Below, piece after piece: positions 37,647 through 49,444 of a stretch of 64,000 nt of DNA (the first letter of the stretch is position 1; every line of letters begins with the position of its first letter). This DNA is from Leucoraja erinacea. Lineage: Eukaryota. The position numbers and the translations under genes were made by a program. The stretch lies in NCBI RefSeq assembly GCF_028641065.1, contig NC_073386.1, forward strand, positions 50,344,001 through 50,408,000. Reading direction: 5' to 3'. The notes under the pieces were generated by a model. That model ran no database searches. It was not told where the DNA came from and saw nothing but the letters and a program-made list of their open reading frames with translations.

Positions 37647-38376
37647 TTCCTTCGCTCCATAGATGCTGCTGCACCCGCTGAGTTTCTCCAGCTTTTCTGT
37701 GTAACCTTCTGTATTCATTACCCTGACTGATGAAGGTCAGTGTGCCGAAAGCCTTCTGGACCACCCTATTTACCTGAGATGCCATTTTTGAGGAACTATG
37801 TACCTGCAATCCTGGATCCCTCTGCTTTACTACACCTTGGCGTCTGAATAGTGTTTTTTGAGTTTCTTTCCCATGCCTAACTATATATCTTCTTTGTATT
37901 CATGGAATCAGAGCACATTTGCCTCTGTCTTGTATTACCTCTTAAAATAAGTTAATTTATTAACTATCTTCCTCCATAACAGTCCTGTCTGGGTTTTACA
38001 TAAATAAGCAACCCCACCCAGCATACGTTTTATCTAACAAAATCCTGTTTGTGAGATGAATTGTATGTGTTGTCCTCAATTGCTGCTTCATGTAATTTAG
38101 GCAAATTCACTCAAAATATATAGATGTTACCAAGCTGAAATTTGCTGGCCTTGAGCAATGGATAAGTTACTAATGAATCTACTGTCATCACCCTTTTCTT
38201 CTACGTCTACTAGAACAAGTCAACTCGTTATGCAAAAGATAAATATATTTGTTTTTTGATTACAATCTTATCATGCATTATTTTCAGTGTGCATCCAATT
38301 TTATCTGCTTTGGCAGATAATAAACTTGAATTGTGTGTCCACTTCTCTCTTTCTAATATATTCAATTTTTTTCCAG

Positions 38377-38520
38377 ATAACCGACCACTGGTATTGAGTT
38401 TTGGAAGCTGCTCCTGACCTCCATTTCTTTTCAAGTTTGACGAGTTCAAAACACTCGTCAAAGACTTCAACTCTGTAGCTGATTTCCTCATTGTCTATAT
38501 TCAGGAGGCACATGCCACGG
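38377..38520 (+). CDS. DIO1: DIO1 exon 2 with the selenocysteine codon TGA at 38415-38417 (Sec124)
   Basis: [16 protein letters not shown]...[14 protein letters not shown]; 144 nt, phase 1-1, AG/GT. Confidence 0.97.
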
Positions 38521-38599
38521 GTACAAATACATTCTCAGCAACGGGAAACCTTTCTGTGTTTGTTAAGTTCCCATTATATCATTTAAAAACAGTATATTC

Positions 38600-39075
38600 A
38601 ATGTGTATGGAGGTATATAGGGCAGTGAAGAAAGCTTTTGGCATGCTTGCATGAATCATCAGGGAATTGAGTATAGAAGAAAGGATGTTGTGTTTCAGTG
38701 TAAAATACTTTGGTGTGGCCCCTCCTGGAGTATTGTATTTGGCTCTAGTCACCCTGCTATAAGAAAGATGCTATTAAGTTGAAAAGGGTGAAGAGAAGAT
38801 TTACAAGGCCAGGCCAGGTCTTGTAGGCCTGAGTATAGGGAGAGAGTGGGCAAGTTAGGACTTTATTTCTTGGGAGTGCTGGAGGCTGAGGGGTCACTTA
38901 CAGAGGCCCATAAAATCAAAAGGGAAGGCAAAAAATAATTTGCCCAGTGATAGGGGAATCAAGACAATGCGCCTAGATTTAAGGTGAGAGGGGAAAGATT
39001 TAATGTGGACCTGAGAGACATCTTTTTCTCACAAAGTCTGTTGGCGTTACCAGCTGTAGAAGAAGTAGTTGAAGT
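38600..39075 (+). mobile_element. Degenerate CR1 fragment
   Basis: Similarity to the CR1 3' ORF2 seen elsewhere in the window. Confidence 0.65.
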
Positions 39076-39551
39076 AGTTGTAATCCATTCCACCTTTTTT
39101 GTTTTTTTTTTGATATTTGTAACTCTTTATTCTCTCTTTCTCTCTTTTTCTATATTAAAAAAAAACACTAGAAGCAGAAGTAATCGACAATTGAAAATTT
39201 TAATAATGTATGTGCTGTAATTGTATGACTGATGTATATGAAAAGTTTTTTTTTTACTATAATATGTAACTATACTTTATAGTATGTCTACTAATAAAAA
39301 TATTATTTAAAAAAAAAAGTAGTTGAGGCAAGTACAATAACAATATTTATAAGCCATTTGCGTAAGTACATGCATCGGAAAATCTAGCGAGAGAAATGCT
39401 GGGAAATGGGCCAAAACATAGATCAAATTACATGGATTTTCTCTGGGTTCACCCAGATCCCAAAGACGGGTGTGCAGGTCATTTGGCCTCTGTAAATTGT
39501 CCCCAAGTGTCATTTACATTGTTTGCTTAATTTTATTGCTATTTGTTCCAG

Positions 39552-39751
39552 ATGGCTGGGCTTTCAAAAACAACATGGATATTAAAAAACATCAAACACT
39601 AAGTGATCGTTTCAATGCTGCAAGGATGTTACTGAAAGAGGAGCCACCCTGTCCAGTGGTTGTAGATTCTATGGATAATATGACCAGTGCTAAATATGGA
39701 GCAATGCCAGAGAGACTATATGTGGTGCTCAATGGCAAAATTATTTACAAG
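39552..39751 (+). CDS. DIO1: DIO1 exon 3
   Basis: [35 protein letters not shown]; 200 nt. Confidence 0.97.
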
Positions 39752-40611
39752 GTAACTAAATATCCTGACATTTAGAGATTACTTGCAGGCTAAATTAATT
39801 TTTACTTGAAAATATTAACTTCACTGCTAGACTTTTATCTGATATTTTGCTTCTATCCAAGTACAAAAGAAGACTAAATCGTCCAAAATTTACACCATTC
39901 ATCCACACTCACCTGTTCCTGAAGACTGTAATCTAATATTGATTAGCTAAGTTATAATTTCACACTCATAAGTCTGTTAATTATCCAGTGCATCAATGCT
40001 ATCATTGGCTCTGGTCTGAATATTTTGTCCACTTTCCTTAAACAAAAATATGCTTTCAACTCTCTTGCTCTGAGGAGGGAAAATAGCCGGGCCATGGCTG
40101 CTCCATAGACAAATATCAGCCATTCAAACTAGTTAGATTAGACTGTAGATTAGATTTCTGTACATGCACAGAAAAAAAACTTACTAGACTTTGATTAAAG
40201 CTGCTATTTCCATATTGACAGTCTTTTTAATCCAAGACAAAAGGTGCCTGAATGAATATAACAGTTTACTGGTTCCTGTACATCAATCTAGTTTAATTTT
40301 TCTTAGAGATGCCAGTATGTCATACCAATGTTTACCGCCACAAAAAAGTATTGCATATTAATAATATGAATCGCTGTCTTTGCCATTAAAAAAAATTCTT
40401 ATGAAAGGAAACTTGAACTAAAAAAGATTGTGGTTTAAAGGGAATAATTTATGCTTGCAGCAATAATAATCATCAATTCAATGTTATTGATAGAAAGAAT
40501 CGTATTTGGTTAGCTATGGGTCTAAGACGTGGTGAATCAATGCACTTTCAGTCTTTTTCAAGAGATAATGTTTAATTTATCACTGTACCTCTATATTTTT
40601 GTACATTCCAG

Positions 40612-40677
40612 GGTGACAGGGGACCTTGGGGATACAATCCAGAAAAAGTACGATTAATATTGCAAAACCAAAGTTAA
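40612..40677 (+). CDS. DIO1: DIO1 exon 4 coding part (GDRGPWGYNPEKVRLILQNQS*); total CDS 741 nt, 246 aa
   Basis: Acceptor TTCCAG; GPWGYNPE motif; TAA. Confidence 0.95.
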   Translation, partial: GDRGPWGYNPEKVRLILQNQS

Positions 40678-40775
40678 GCCACTTGCTGGCAGAATGTCGT
40701 ACTGTTGTATTTACAGAGGAAGATTCTGTGGAATACGTGAACAAATGTAACCATGAACAAGTCAGACTAACTTCC

Positions 40776-40850
40776 TTTTCCATATTTTTGATGATTTTCT
40801 CAGTTTTTAAATTGTTACGACTGGGAGCTGAAAAATTGAAATATGGAGGA
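40776..40850 (+). promoter_or_regulatory. Proximal SECIS element candidate (canonical core, form-1-like)
   Basis: Helix I TCCATATTT/AAATATGGA (13 bp with GU); ATGA 40791-40794 opposite TGAA 40829-40832; helix II TTCTCAGTT/GACTGGGAG; apical AAA 40809-40811. Confidence 0.7.
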
Positions 40851-41129
40851 AAAATGACTTGGTATTTGGTTAATGTTCAGGTTTCAATACAGATGGTGCC
40901 ACTTGTATGTTTAACCTGTGAAAAAACTTCTGTTGTGCTTGAGGGATGGGAATCTGGTGGTGGGATGTACTTCATTAACAATTGTGACTACACTAACATT
41001 TTCATAGAATGGGACTTGTTTCCTGAAATTACATTTGATTTGTGTATCCCTGCATTCCCATTGCTGAACTAGGGTACTGTTCGAGTCCAAGAAAATAAGA
41101 GCCAGAACGCGAGAACCCTAGAAAAAACT

Positions 41130-41815
41130 AAGTCATGCAGCCCTTTGAATCGGCTCCTTCATTCAATACAATTGTGGCTGATCCATTATCGCAAAAGTTC
41201 TCATCCTCTCCCTATATCTTTTGCTGCCTTCTGCATCCAGAAATATATGCGTCCTCCTTGCATATAATCAAGTGATTTGGCCTCTACTGTCCTCTATCAT
41301 AACAAAATTCACAGATTCATCACCCTCAAATTTCTCCTCGTCACAATCCTACGTTTTACCCTGTATCTAAGACAGCGACCCACTGAATCAAAACACCCCA
41401 GCCAGGGGAATGATTCTTCCCACATCCAATTTGTCTAATCCTAACGATTCCCTTGCATTCTTCTTTAACTCCAATGACTACAGGCCTAATAACCTAATTG
41501 TTCTTAACACAAAGATGTGCCTATCTGAAATCAGTCTGGTGAACCTTCACTGCACTCATTTATGGCAAGGATATCCTTTCTTAGATATGGAGACCAAAAT
41601 GGAGACCAAAAATTAGATACAATACCTTGGTGTGGTCTCACCCAGGCCTGGTATAATTGCAACAAGATATCCTTGCTCTTTAAATCTTTTCTTAAGAAGC
41701 TCCTTAAATCTTCCTGCCTAAGGCTGTAACTACTTGCTGCATCTGCATTTTTGCTTTTGATAACTAGAATACAAGAACACTCCCGTCTCTTTGTACAATA
41801 ACACTTCCAAATCCA
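41130..41815 (-). mobile_element. Old CR1 fragment inside the presumed DIO1 3' UTR
   Basis: KDILLQLYQAWVRPH..FWSPYLRKDILA. Confidence 0.7.
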
Positions 41816-42383
41816 ACACAATTTAAATAATTGGGTGGTACAGTGGCACAGCGATAGAGTTGCTGCCTTGCAGCGGAAGAGACCTGGGTTCAATAATGAC
41901 TGTAGGCACTGTCCAGATGGAGTTTGTACATTTTCCCTGGGACCACATGGGTTTTCCTACCGTGCTGTCTGTTAACCAATTTTCAACCTATGCCATTACT
42001 CTCATTATGATGCTCTTTCATTTTACACAAACCTTCAACTTTATGAAAGGCTTACTGAAATTCTATGCACAGTGCATCCACAGCTTTCTATTTTCTACTG
42101 CAGTTTATTTTGAGGATGTAACTCATGTTTGTCAAATATAATTTTCTTTCCAGAAATTCATGTAAACTTTGTCTAATTGTGTTGATATTTTCCAAATGTT
42201 GTAGCATTTTACCTGATTCTGATGTTAAGCTAACTGAACCCTACTTTCATATTTGTTGTCTCTATCTTTTTTTCCAATTTTTTGTATTGTCCATCATTTA
42301 TCAGCCAAGATTATTCTGCTTCACTTGACATTTAATTGTAATTAAGAAATGTAGAATGTCAGCCACTGCAAGTACAATGAATT

Positions 42384-42451
42384 TAGCTGTACTGTTTATG
42401 AAGATTACAGCCAAAATTCTAACTGTAATCTAATGTTTTGAAGTGTAGCTA
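42384..42451 (+). promoter_or_regulatory. Distal SECIS-like element with non-canonical core (TAAT instead of TGAT)
   Basis: Helix I TAGCTGTAC/GTGTAGCTA; TGTTT-ATGA; helix II GATTACAG/CTGTAATC; CC-AAAA 11 nt after ATGA. Confidence 0.7.
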
Positions 42452-42609
42452 GGAGCATTTACTTTGGTGGTTGTTTTTTTAAATTCTCAACAATTATTCA
42501 ACTGTAGTTTTGTACATAGTCATTGTACCAAACAGAACATTTAAAGTTATGAAATGTTTAATACATTTTATCCAAACTCTGTTTCAGATTTGGTTTTAAG
42601 CAAATTTAA

Positions 42610-42718
42610 AATAAATGTCTTCAATTTTGAAATGTTGTGAAATCTTATTCAGATTTTGATCATTCTTTCCAGAGCCTCCAATGAAGATTGCAATGTTGCA
42701 AAGAAAAAATAATTTATT
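42610..42718. terminator. Convergent polyA signals: DIO1 AATAAA 42610-42615 (+), IFT25 AATAAA 42718-42713 (-)
   Basis: Hexamers positioned after the distal SECIS and about 90 nt after the IFT25 stop. Confidence 0.55.
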
Positions 42719-42809
42719 CACAAGAATAATTACAATAATTTTTTACATTTATAAATTCGAAAAATTGAACTGTGAAGGCCAATTTTGTTAACAGTTGTGC
42801 TCTGTTGCC

Positions 42810-42917
42810 TTAAGTGAGTTCCTCTGTACCTTCTATTGTCACCTTGTGCACTGACACAAAATGGTCGAAACCTGATTTAATAACAAATCGTAGATGTGTT
42901 GCCCTTGTTCCATCTAG
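42810..42917 (-). CDS. IFT25: IFT25/HSPB11 exon 5 (LDGTRATHLRFVIKSGFDHFVSVHKVTIEGTEELT*); total 426 nt, 141 aa
   Basis: Acceptor TCTCTGCAG; LRF.I.S.FDHF.SVH motif; TAA. Confidence 0.93.
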   Translation of the reverse strand, partial: LDGTRATHLRFVIKSGFDHFVSVHKVTIEGTEELT

Positions 42918-43809
42918 CTGCAGAGAAAATATATAAATAAATCAGTTTTTTAAGACGAAAAGCTACTGCTACAGAAGTAGCTTAGCTCAGAGCACTGACC
43001 CAAGTGGAGTAAACTACATATTCGACTCCTAGTCATTTAGTTTATTAAAACTAATATGACCAAAGAAACAAAATTTGGTTTGATGTCTGCGTTAGGTACA
43101 AGCAGCCAAGAGTTTTTGTTCATGCAATGAACTCCACTGGAAAATTCTTGTGCAGAATAAAAACAGGCTAGACCTCAGATTTGTCTGCAGCCAAGATTAT
43201 GGAATAATTACAGAAGCAAGATTCTGAATGCTGATGCGCAGCAAAGCCTACTTTTCCATATAAGGTACTAAAAACAAACTGGCTTTGTAAATGAAATAAT
43301 GAAATGATACCATTCATATTAATATATAAAAAAACACTTAAAAACATTGTACAGGTCATCACCACTTTCCATGAGGTGGTTACTATTCTATAAAATGCTC
43401 TGCATCGCCACTGCTTGCATCAAGTAAGTGAGTTGAAAAATAATTTATGAATGCTTCCCCCACAAATTCTGTAAGACCAAATTTTATGTTTTCACTCATT
43501 AGCTTCTCATATTTTCTTGAAATAGATTAATAGATTTCATTCAGCTCACAAATCTACAATATCAGAGCATTCCGATTAATCTCATTCTCCACTTTTCCTA
43601 CAATCTCTTTTACATGCCTATCAACCCGCCACCCCTAACTCATAGCTTGCCCCAACAGTACTTTATAGATCATGAATGGTTGTGGCTAAAGGGCAATTAT
43701 AGTCAGTCATTCATAACCTGTATTTTGCTTATTACTTCTCTATTGAATGCCCTACCTCTAATCATTCCATATTGAGCAATACAATATTTGAGATAAAATA
43801 TGTACTTAC

Positions 43810-43853
43810 TGTAAATTCTTCCAACTGAAGCTGTTCCTCAGAGCGCTCAAGTT
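43810..43853 (-). CDS. IFT25: IFT25 exon 4 (ELERSEEQLQLEEFT)
   Basis: 44 nt, AG/GT, frame-consistent; QLQ.EE. Confidence 0.88.
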
Positions 43854-43953
43854 CTGTTTAGATAAAAGATATCACCAGAAGATGAAACCTACCACATAAC
43901 TTTTCTGTAGAAAGTCCAATGAGTTAATTCAAAAGTTTACTGAAAATTCTTAC

Positions 43954-44022
43954 CGCTCTTAGCTAAAGGTTCAAAGTCCACGGGATCTTTTTCTGTACTT
44001 TTCTCAATACTAAGTCTGCGGA
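43954..44022 (-). CDS. IFT25: IFT25 exon 3 (VRRLSIEKSTEKDPVDFEPLAKS)
   Basis: 69 nt, AG/GT; IEKST.K.PVDFE. Confidence 0.92.
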
Positions 44023-44276
44023 CTAGAATAACAAATCAATTTGAAATTTACTATTTTGTACGATCTGAGATTGTTTTAATCTGTTTTGCAAGTTAATTTG
44101 TTACATGCTCACCAATAGTGAGATATGGATCATATCCATCTCAATATCAATTGTTTATTCACCATTCCATAAATTAAAAATACAAGTAAAGTTAATTATT
44201 AATTAACTTTAATAATTAAAGTTAAACAATGTTCTCTGGTCTTCTCACCATCCCCCTTTGCTTCGGTAAAATAGGC

Positions 44277-47200
44277 AGATGGTGAGGCAAGCAGATGGCT
44301 GCCTAATCTCGAGCTCCTGATGGCAAGTTTAAAACTAGCCTCCCTTAATTCACTAATTGCCACATAATTCGCTGTAGTCTGTATTGGAATGAGTGGGGAA
44401 GTGACAACTAGAAGTCAAAAGAAACGTGACGGATGAGAAAGAAAGAATTCACCAGAGATGTACAAAGCTCAAAGCTCAAACGATGACTCGACAGAAACCA
44501 TGCGCTCAATGTTCCACAGTATCAGTAAGGAAATACGTGACTTCAGGGCTGAATATAAAGTGGACTTACATAAACTTAAAGAAGGCTCAAAGAAGACATG
44601 AAAGCCGATCTCAAAGATCTGAAACAAGAAATTTACCATAAACTTCCTGCTAACTCCAAACAAATCAATGCCCACGAAACTAGACTAAACAAAGCAGAGG
44701 CACGAATCGAAGTGGCTGAGACAATTGGCATGGTGATGAAAAATGTGCTGATTAAATCTATGAAAAAACATAAAGTCATGCAAGAAAAACTGACTGATTT
44801 GGAAGGACGGTCTAGACGATATAACATTCGCAACTATAGCGTACCCGAAGAGAGAGAAGGCAAATCCATGTCTGAATTTGTGGAGCAATTTTGAAAAAAC
44901 TGAACTCGCAATAACAACGGACACCAACATACGGATCCAGCACGCGCACAGAGTTTTGGCTCGCATACTGGAACACAATGCACCACCTAGGTCTATAGTG
45001 GTAAATTTCCTGCAGTTTAATACCAAAGAAATGGTGTTGGAAAAGGCCTGGGGAAAGAAGATAAAGATTGACGGGCGACGTCTATCATTTGACCACGACT
45101 ATGCAACGATGGTTGGCCAGAAGCGCAAGGCATATAAGGGAATAAAGAGGGCCCTGAAGGAGAGAGGTGTCCGCTTTCAGACCCCGCTGGACAAGATGCG
45201 CATTCACTGGGACTCAGGAACATGCACATATCATAGTGCACAAGACGTTGCGCATGAGCTGAGGAGGAGAGGCTACTCCGTGGAGACAACAGATTAAAGT
45301 GCTGAGGAGCCGGCGGACCCAGAGATGGAGCGTCTTCTCCAGGCTATGATTTGGCAGAGAGTTGGAAAGAGGAGCGAAGACGGGAGTGAGACAGCAAGAG
45401 AGCGACTACAGAAGTCTGAACAGACCCCATCCAACTAGCTTTTATTGTGTCATCACTTCTTTTGGACTGGAAAATAAGTGCTATCGGATGACGTTGGACG
45501 ATACTAGGATGCGTGAAATGGAGTGTTTCAAGAGGGGCCCTCTGGGAGGAGGTTTTCCCCTCTACCTGCCAACGGGGACTCAGGGTGGCAAAGAATCACC
45601 ATTACTTGGAAGTTAACTGTTTCCCCTTTTTTTTTCATTTTCTTTATTTGGCACATGTTGTCCAGGTGTTCAGACCTGCACAGTTCCGAGTTATCTGGAG
45701 ATTTATGAATGCAATACAGGATTAGGTAAATTAAATGTCACATAATACTATTAAATTGGTGTCACTCAATGTAAATAGGATGAATAATCCAGTTAAAAGG
45801 AGCAAGGTCCTGGCTTAACTGAAAAAAAAGGCTCAGGTACTATTTTTACAAGAAGCCCACATGCCTCAACAAGAATATGATAAATTAAACGCTTTTAGAA
45901 AGGCATTTTATAGTTCCTACAAAACTAGCCAAAAGAGGGGAGTGGCTATCCTTATCACAAATGCAGTCCAATTTGAATGTCATAAAGAAGGGACAAGGAG
46001 GGAAGGTATGTATTATTTAAAGGAAAGCTGGAAAACAAAGTAGTGACACTGATCAATGTATATGCCCCCCCCAGAGAGTACCAAATGTTTTTTCAAACCT
46101 CTGTTTGACATTATTGCTTTAGAGACTGAAGGTATTGGAGGGGACTTCAATGTGGTCATGAATCATAATTTGGATACAACAAGCCTAAAAAAAACCTAAG
46201 ATGCATCTGACCAAGTTTATTAACACATCAGTGCAGGAAATGGGCCTAATTGATGTTTGGAGAGAACTTCACCCTTTAGAAAGGGACTACACACACTATT
46301 CAGTACCTCACTCAGTCTACTCCAGGATTGTCTACTTTTTAATGAATACGGGTGAAAGTCACAGGATCACAGTGTAATATTGGGGTTGCAGATATATCTG
46401 ATCACAGTGCGATCAGCTTGACAGTACACCTGAATAGTAGAAAAATAAATACTGTTTGGAGGCTCAGTGTGGATATTTTGAATGGTAAGGCAAATGTGGA
46501 ACAAATAAGGGAAGAGATAAAAAGGTACATAGAAGAGAATGATAATGGGGATGTGGATCCTGTAAACTGTGGGATGCTATGAAGACAGTTATATGTGGAA
46601 AGCTGATCGCCCTGACATCATCACAAAAAAAGGCCCCGCTAGCTACATATGAACATAAAGTAAAAAAATTTAAAGAATTGGAGAAAAAACATAAAAACAC
46701 ACAGGATCAATTGGTACTAAAACAGATTAAGGAAATAAGGGGGGTGATAGATGAGACCCTCAGGGGAGATATCGAAAAAAGGGCAAGACTTGTAAAGCAG
46801 ACCTATTATGAAGCAGGTCCAAAAACAACTCGACTCCTGGCCAGACGCCTGTGCAAACAGCAGACCTCTAATACAATTCAGAAAATAAAAGATCCTAAAA
46901 CCAATCAATTATCACATGAGCCAGATGAGATAGAAAGAATATTTGAAGAGTACTATAAGAAACTCTATTCCAAACCACCATCAACTGACGAAAGGACAAT
47001 GAGAAGTTTTCTTAACTCACTCGACCTGCCATCCATTGGTGAGATACAAAATAATACCATTACGTCACATTTTACGGTTAAGGAGCTGGAATCAGTAGAC
47101 TTAAGTCTAGTAAATCACCAGGCAGCGATGGGTTTGCACCAGAATGGTACAAGGCCTTTAAGAAAGAGCTAACACCTCTGCTCCTGTCTTGCTTTAACTG

Positions 47201-49209
47201 GACCCTTAAAGAGGGCAGGGCTCTCCCATCATGGAAGGAAGCAATTATTACCATTTTACCTAAGGAAGGCAAAGACAAAGAGCAATGTAAAAATTTCAGG
47301 CCACTCTCAATTTTAAATGTAGACTACAAACTATTTACCTCAATCATTTGCAAAAGACTAGAGACTTTTGTACCAGATCTGATTAATGAAGACCAAACTG
47401 GATTTATTAGGGGGCTTCAAACACAGGACAATATTAGACGAACCCTCCACATTGTGGATAATGCTCATAAAAAGGATACAAATATGGTCCTGGTCAGTTT
47501 AGAAGCAGAAAAAGCCTCTGATGGTGTTAGTTGGGTATTTTTACATGAAGTACTAAGGAGAGTTGGTTTCAATGAAGATGCAATTCGGTGTATTAAAACA
47601 ATATATCAGGAGCCTACAGCTAGGATTAAGGTAAATGGAAACCTATCAAAAAGGATCCAGTTAGAGAGGGGCACAAGACAAGGATGCTGTCTTTCTCCTA
47701 CTCTCTTCATTTTGTATGTTGAACCCTTAGCACAAGCAATAAAGCAGAGAAAAGACCTGCAGGAGTTCAAAATAGGGGGGAAAGAACATATAATTGGTCA
47801 TTTCGCTGACGATGTCATTATTTTTCTTGAACGACCAGATATATGTCTCACAAATCTAATTAACCTATTTGAAACATATGGATACTACTGAGGGTATAAA
47901 CTGAATATAACAAAAACACAAATTCTTTCATTCAATTATTCTCCATCCCAACAAATCAGAGATGCATATAATCTGAAATGGAATTCAAAAACGATGCAGT
48001 ATCTTGGTGTAACTATAACCAAAACACTTTCCAACATGTTTGAAACTAATTATAACAAAATTGAAGAAAACATCAAAAAGGATGTTGAAAATGTCCACCC
48101 TTCCTCTTGACTTCAGTGCCAGAATACCAATGGTAAAAATGAATATCCTACCTAAACTACTATATTTATTCCAATCTCTCCCAATTAATGTTCCCCGGGA
48201 CAAATTCAGCCTGGGATAAGATGATCTCTTGATTCATTTGGAATAGCAAAAAAACAAGAATAAAACTAACAATCAATCAACTGCCGAAAAGCAAGGGTGG
48301 AATGGCTTTACCAAATCTGAGGAAATACTTTTATGTAGCTCAGCTCAGACCTCTGGCTTGTTGGTGTCGACCTGATTATGAGTCTCGATGGAAAGATATG
48401 GAAAGGGAGATACAGGGTTACCAGACCCAGATTTTGGTGAGAGACAAATATCTGAGAGGGGCTTTGAGACATGCTATGGATCCAATAGTAGCATTTACGT
48501 TAGAAATATGCAATGTTATAGTGGAAAAATACAAATTAAAAAGAGGGGTTCACGCATTGAAGTGGTTTGCATATGACTTTCAAAGTTTAAGCCAGAGGTG
48601 TATGTTTCAAAATTCAAAGAATGGGCACAAAAAGGCATAACGGCAATGTATACAGTTTCAGAAAATGTCGAGTTTATGAGCTTCCAAGATTTAAAGTCAA
48701 AGTATGGTCTCGAAAACAAAGTCTTTTTTAGATACTTGCAATTAAGAGACTACTTTACAAAAGGGATATGGCCAGAACTAGATGAAATTTCAAATAATGT
48801 GATCAAGGTGATTGTGCGAAACATCTTTACTATGGGGAAACTGACAGATTTCTTGAGTCAAGGAGAATTCATTTGGGAAGATCTGGGAAAAATGGACCGT
48901 TTATTTGAGCCATGACACCAACTAGATAAATGCCGAGCTAGATATGGGAAGACTGTGTTATATAGAACTAGATGGTATTTTTGTGCAAATATTGAAATAT
49001 CTCCAGATAACTAATCAAAGTATTTTTTTTATTTTATTTGGTAAATGAGCCACAATTTTTTAATCCAACTTTTTAATTTATTTACTTCCCCCCCCCCCCT
49101 ATTTATTGTTTTATTTATTTTGATTGTTGTTTTTCTTATTTTGTTTTATTTATGGTGATGGTGTTTTGTATATATATCTGTGAAAAATCAATAAAAACTT
49201 AAGTGAAAA
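44277..49209 (+). mobile_element. Near full-length decayed L1-clade LINE (ORF1 ~44400-45297, ORF2 ~45735-48915)
   Basis: ORF1 LTDLEGRSRRYNIR, PRSIVVNFL; APE remnants; [16 protein letters not shown]; AATAAA plus poly-A; TSD AAAATAGGC (44268-44276, 49210-49218). Confidence 0.92.
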
Positions 49210-49267
49210 AAAATAGGCCTTCCATTGCAAATCCTTAATTATATAAAGTGACAAATAAAGATCTTAC

Positions 49268-49374
49268 CATTATAACAGTGAATTTTCACACAACTTATTT
49301 TTATGAGCTCAGGAAAACGTAAAATAAATTCTTGTGGGAACATTCCTGTTGTGATCCAAAATGTTTCTGTATTC
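49268..49374 (-). CDS. IFT25: IFT25 exon 2 (NTETFWITTGMFPQEFILRFPELIKISCVKIHCYN)
   Basis: 107 nt, AG/GT; ETFW.TTGMFPQEFI. Confidence 0.95.
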
Positions 49375-49444
49375 CTGTGAGTAAAAATATGAGAAATCAT
49401 ATCTATTCTAAAAATCAGGGTTTTTGTTTGCAGTTTCCTTTGTT

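Larger units (their letters stand above)
34156..37705. mobile_element. Penelope-like retroelement in inverted configuration
   Basis: Minus copy 34156-35769, plus copy 35820-37705; 12-bp TSD CTTCTGTATTCA (34144-34155, 37706-37717). Confidence 0.95.
33625..37830 (-). mobile_element. CR1 fragment (~33625-34155 and 37706-37830) split by the Penelope insertion
   Basis: CR1 sequence is continuous across the TSD; SQVNRVVQKAFGTLTFISQG. Confidence 0.7.

Noticed and set aside
38415-38417. In-frame TGA as evidence of a DIO1 pseudogene
   Set aside because: It sits at the deiodinase catalytic Sec position, all exons are in frame, and SECIS structures lie downstream.
40626-41072. 148-aa ORF overlapping the DIO1 stop and 3' UTR
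   Set aside because: TTG start, no recognisable homology, and it overlaps the SECIS; treated as a chance ORF.
42439-42442. Alternative TGAA as the 3' core of the distal SECIS
   Set aside because: Using it would break the perfect GATTACAG/CTGTAATC register and collapse the internal loop.
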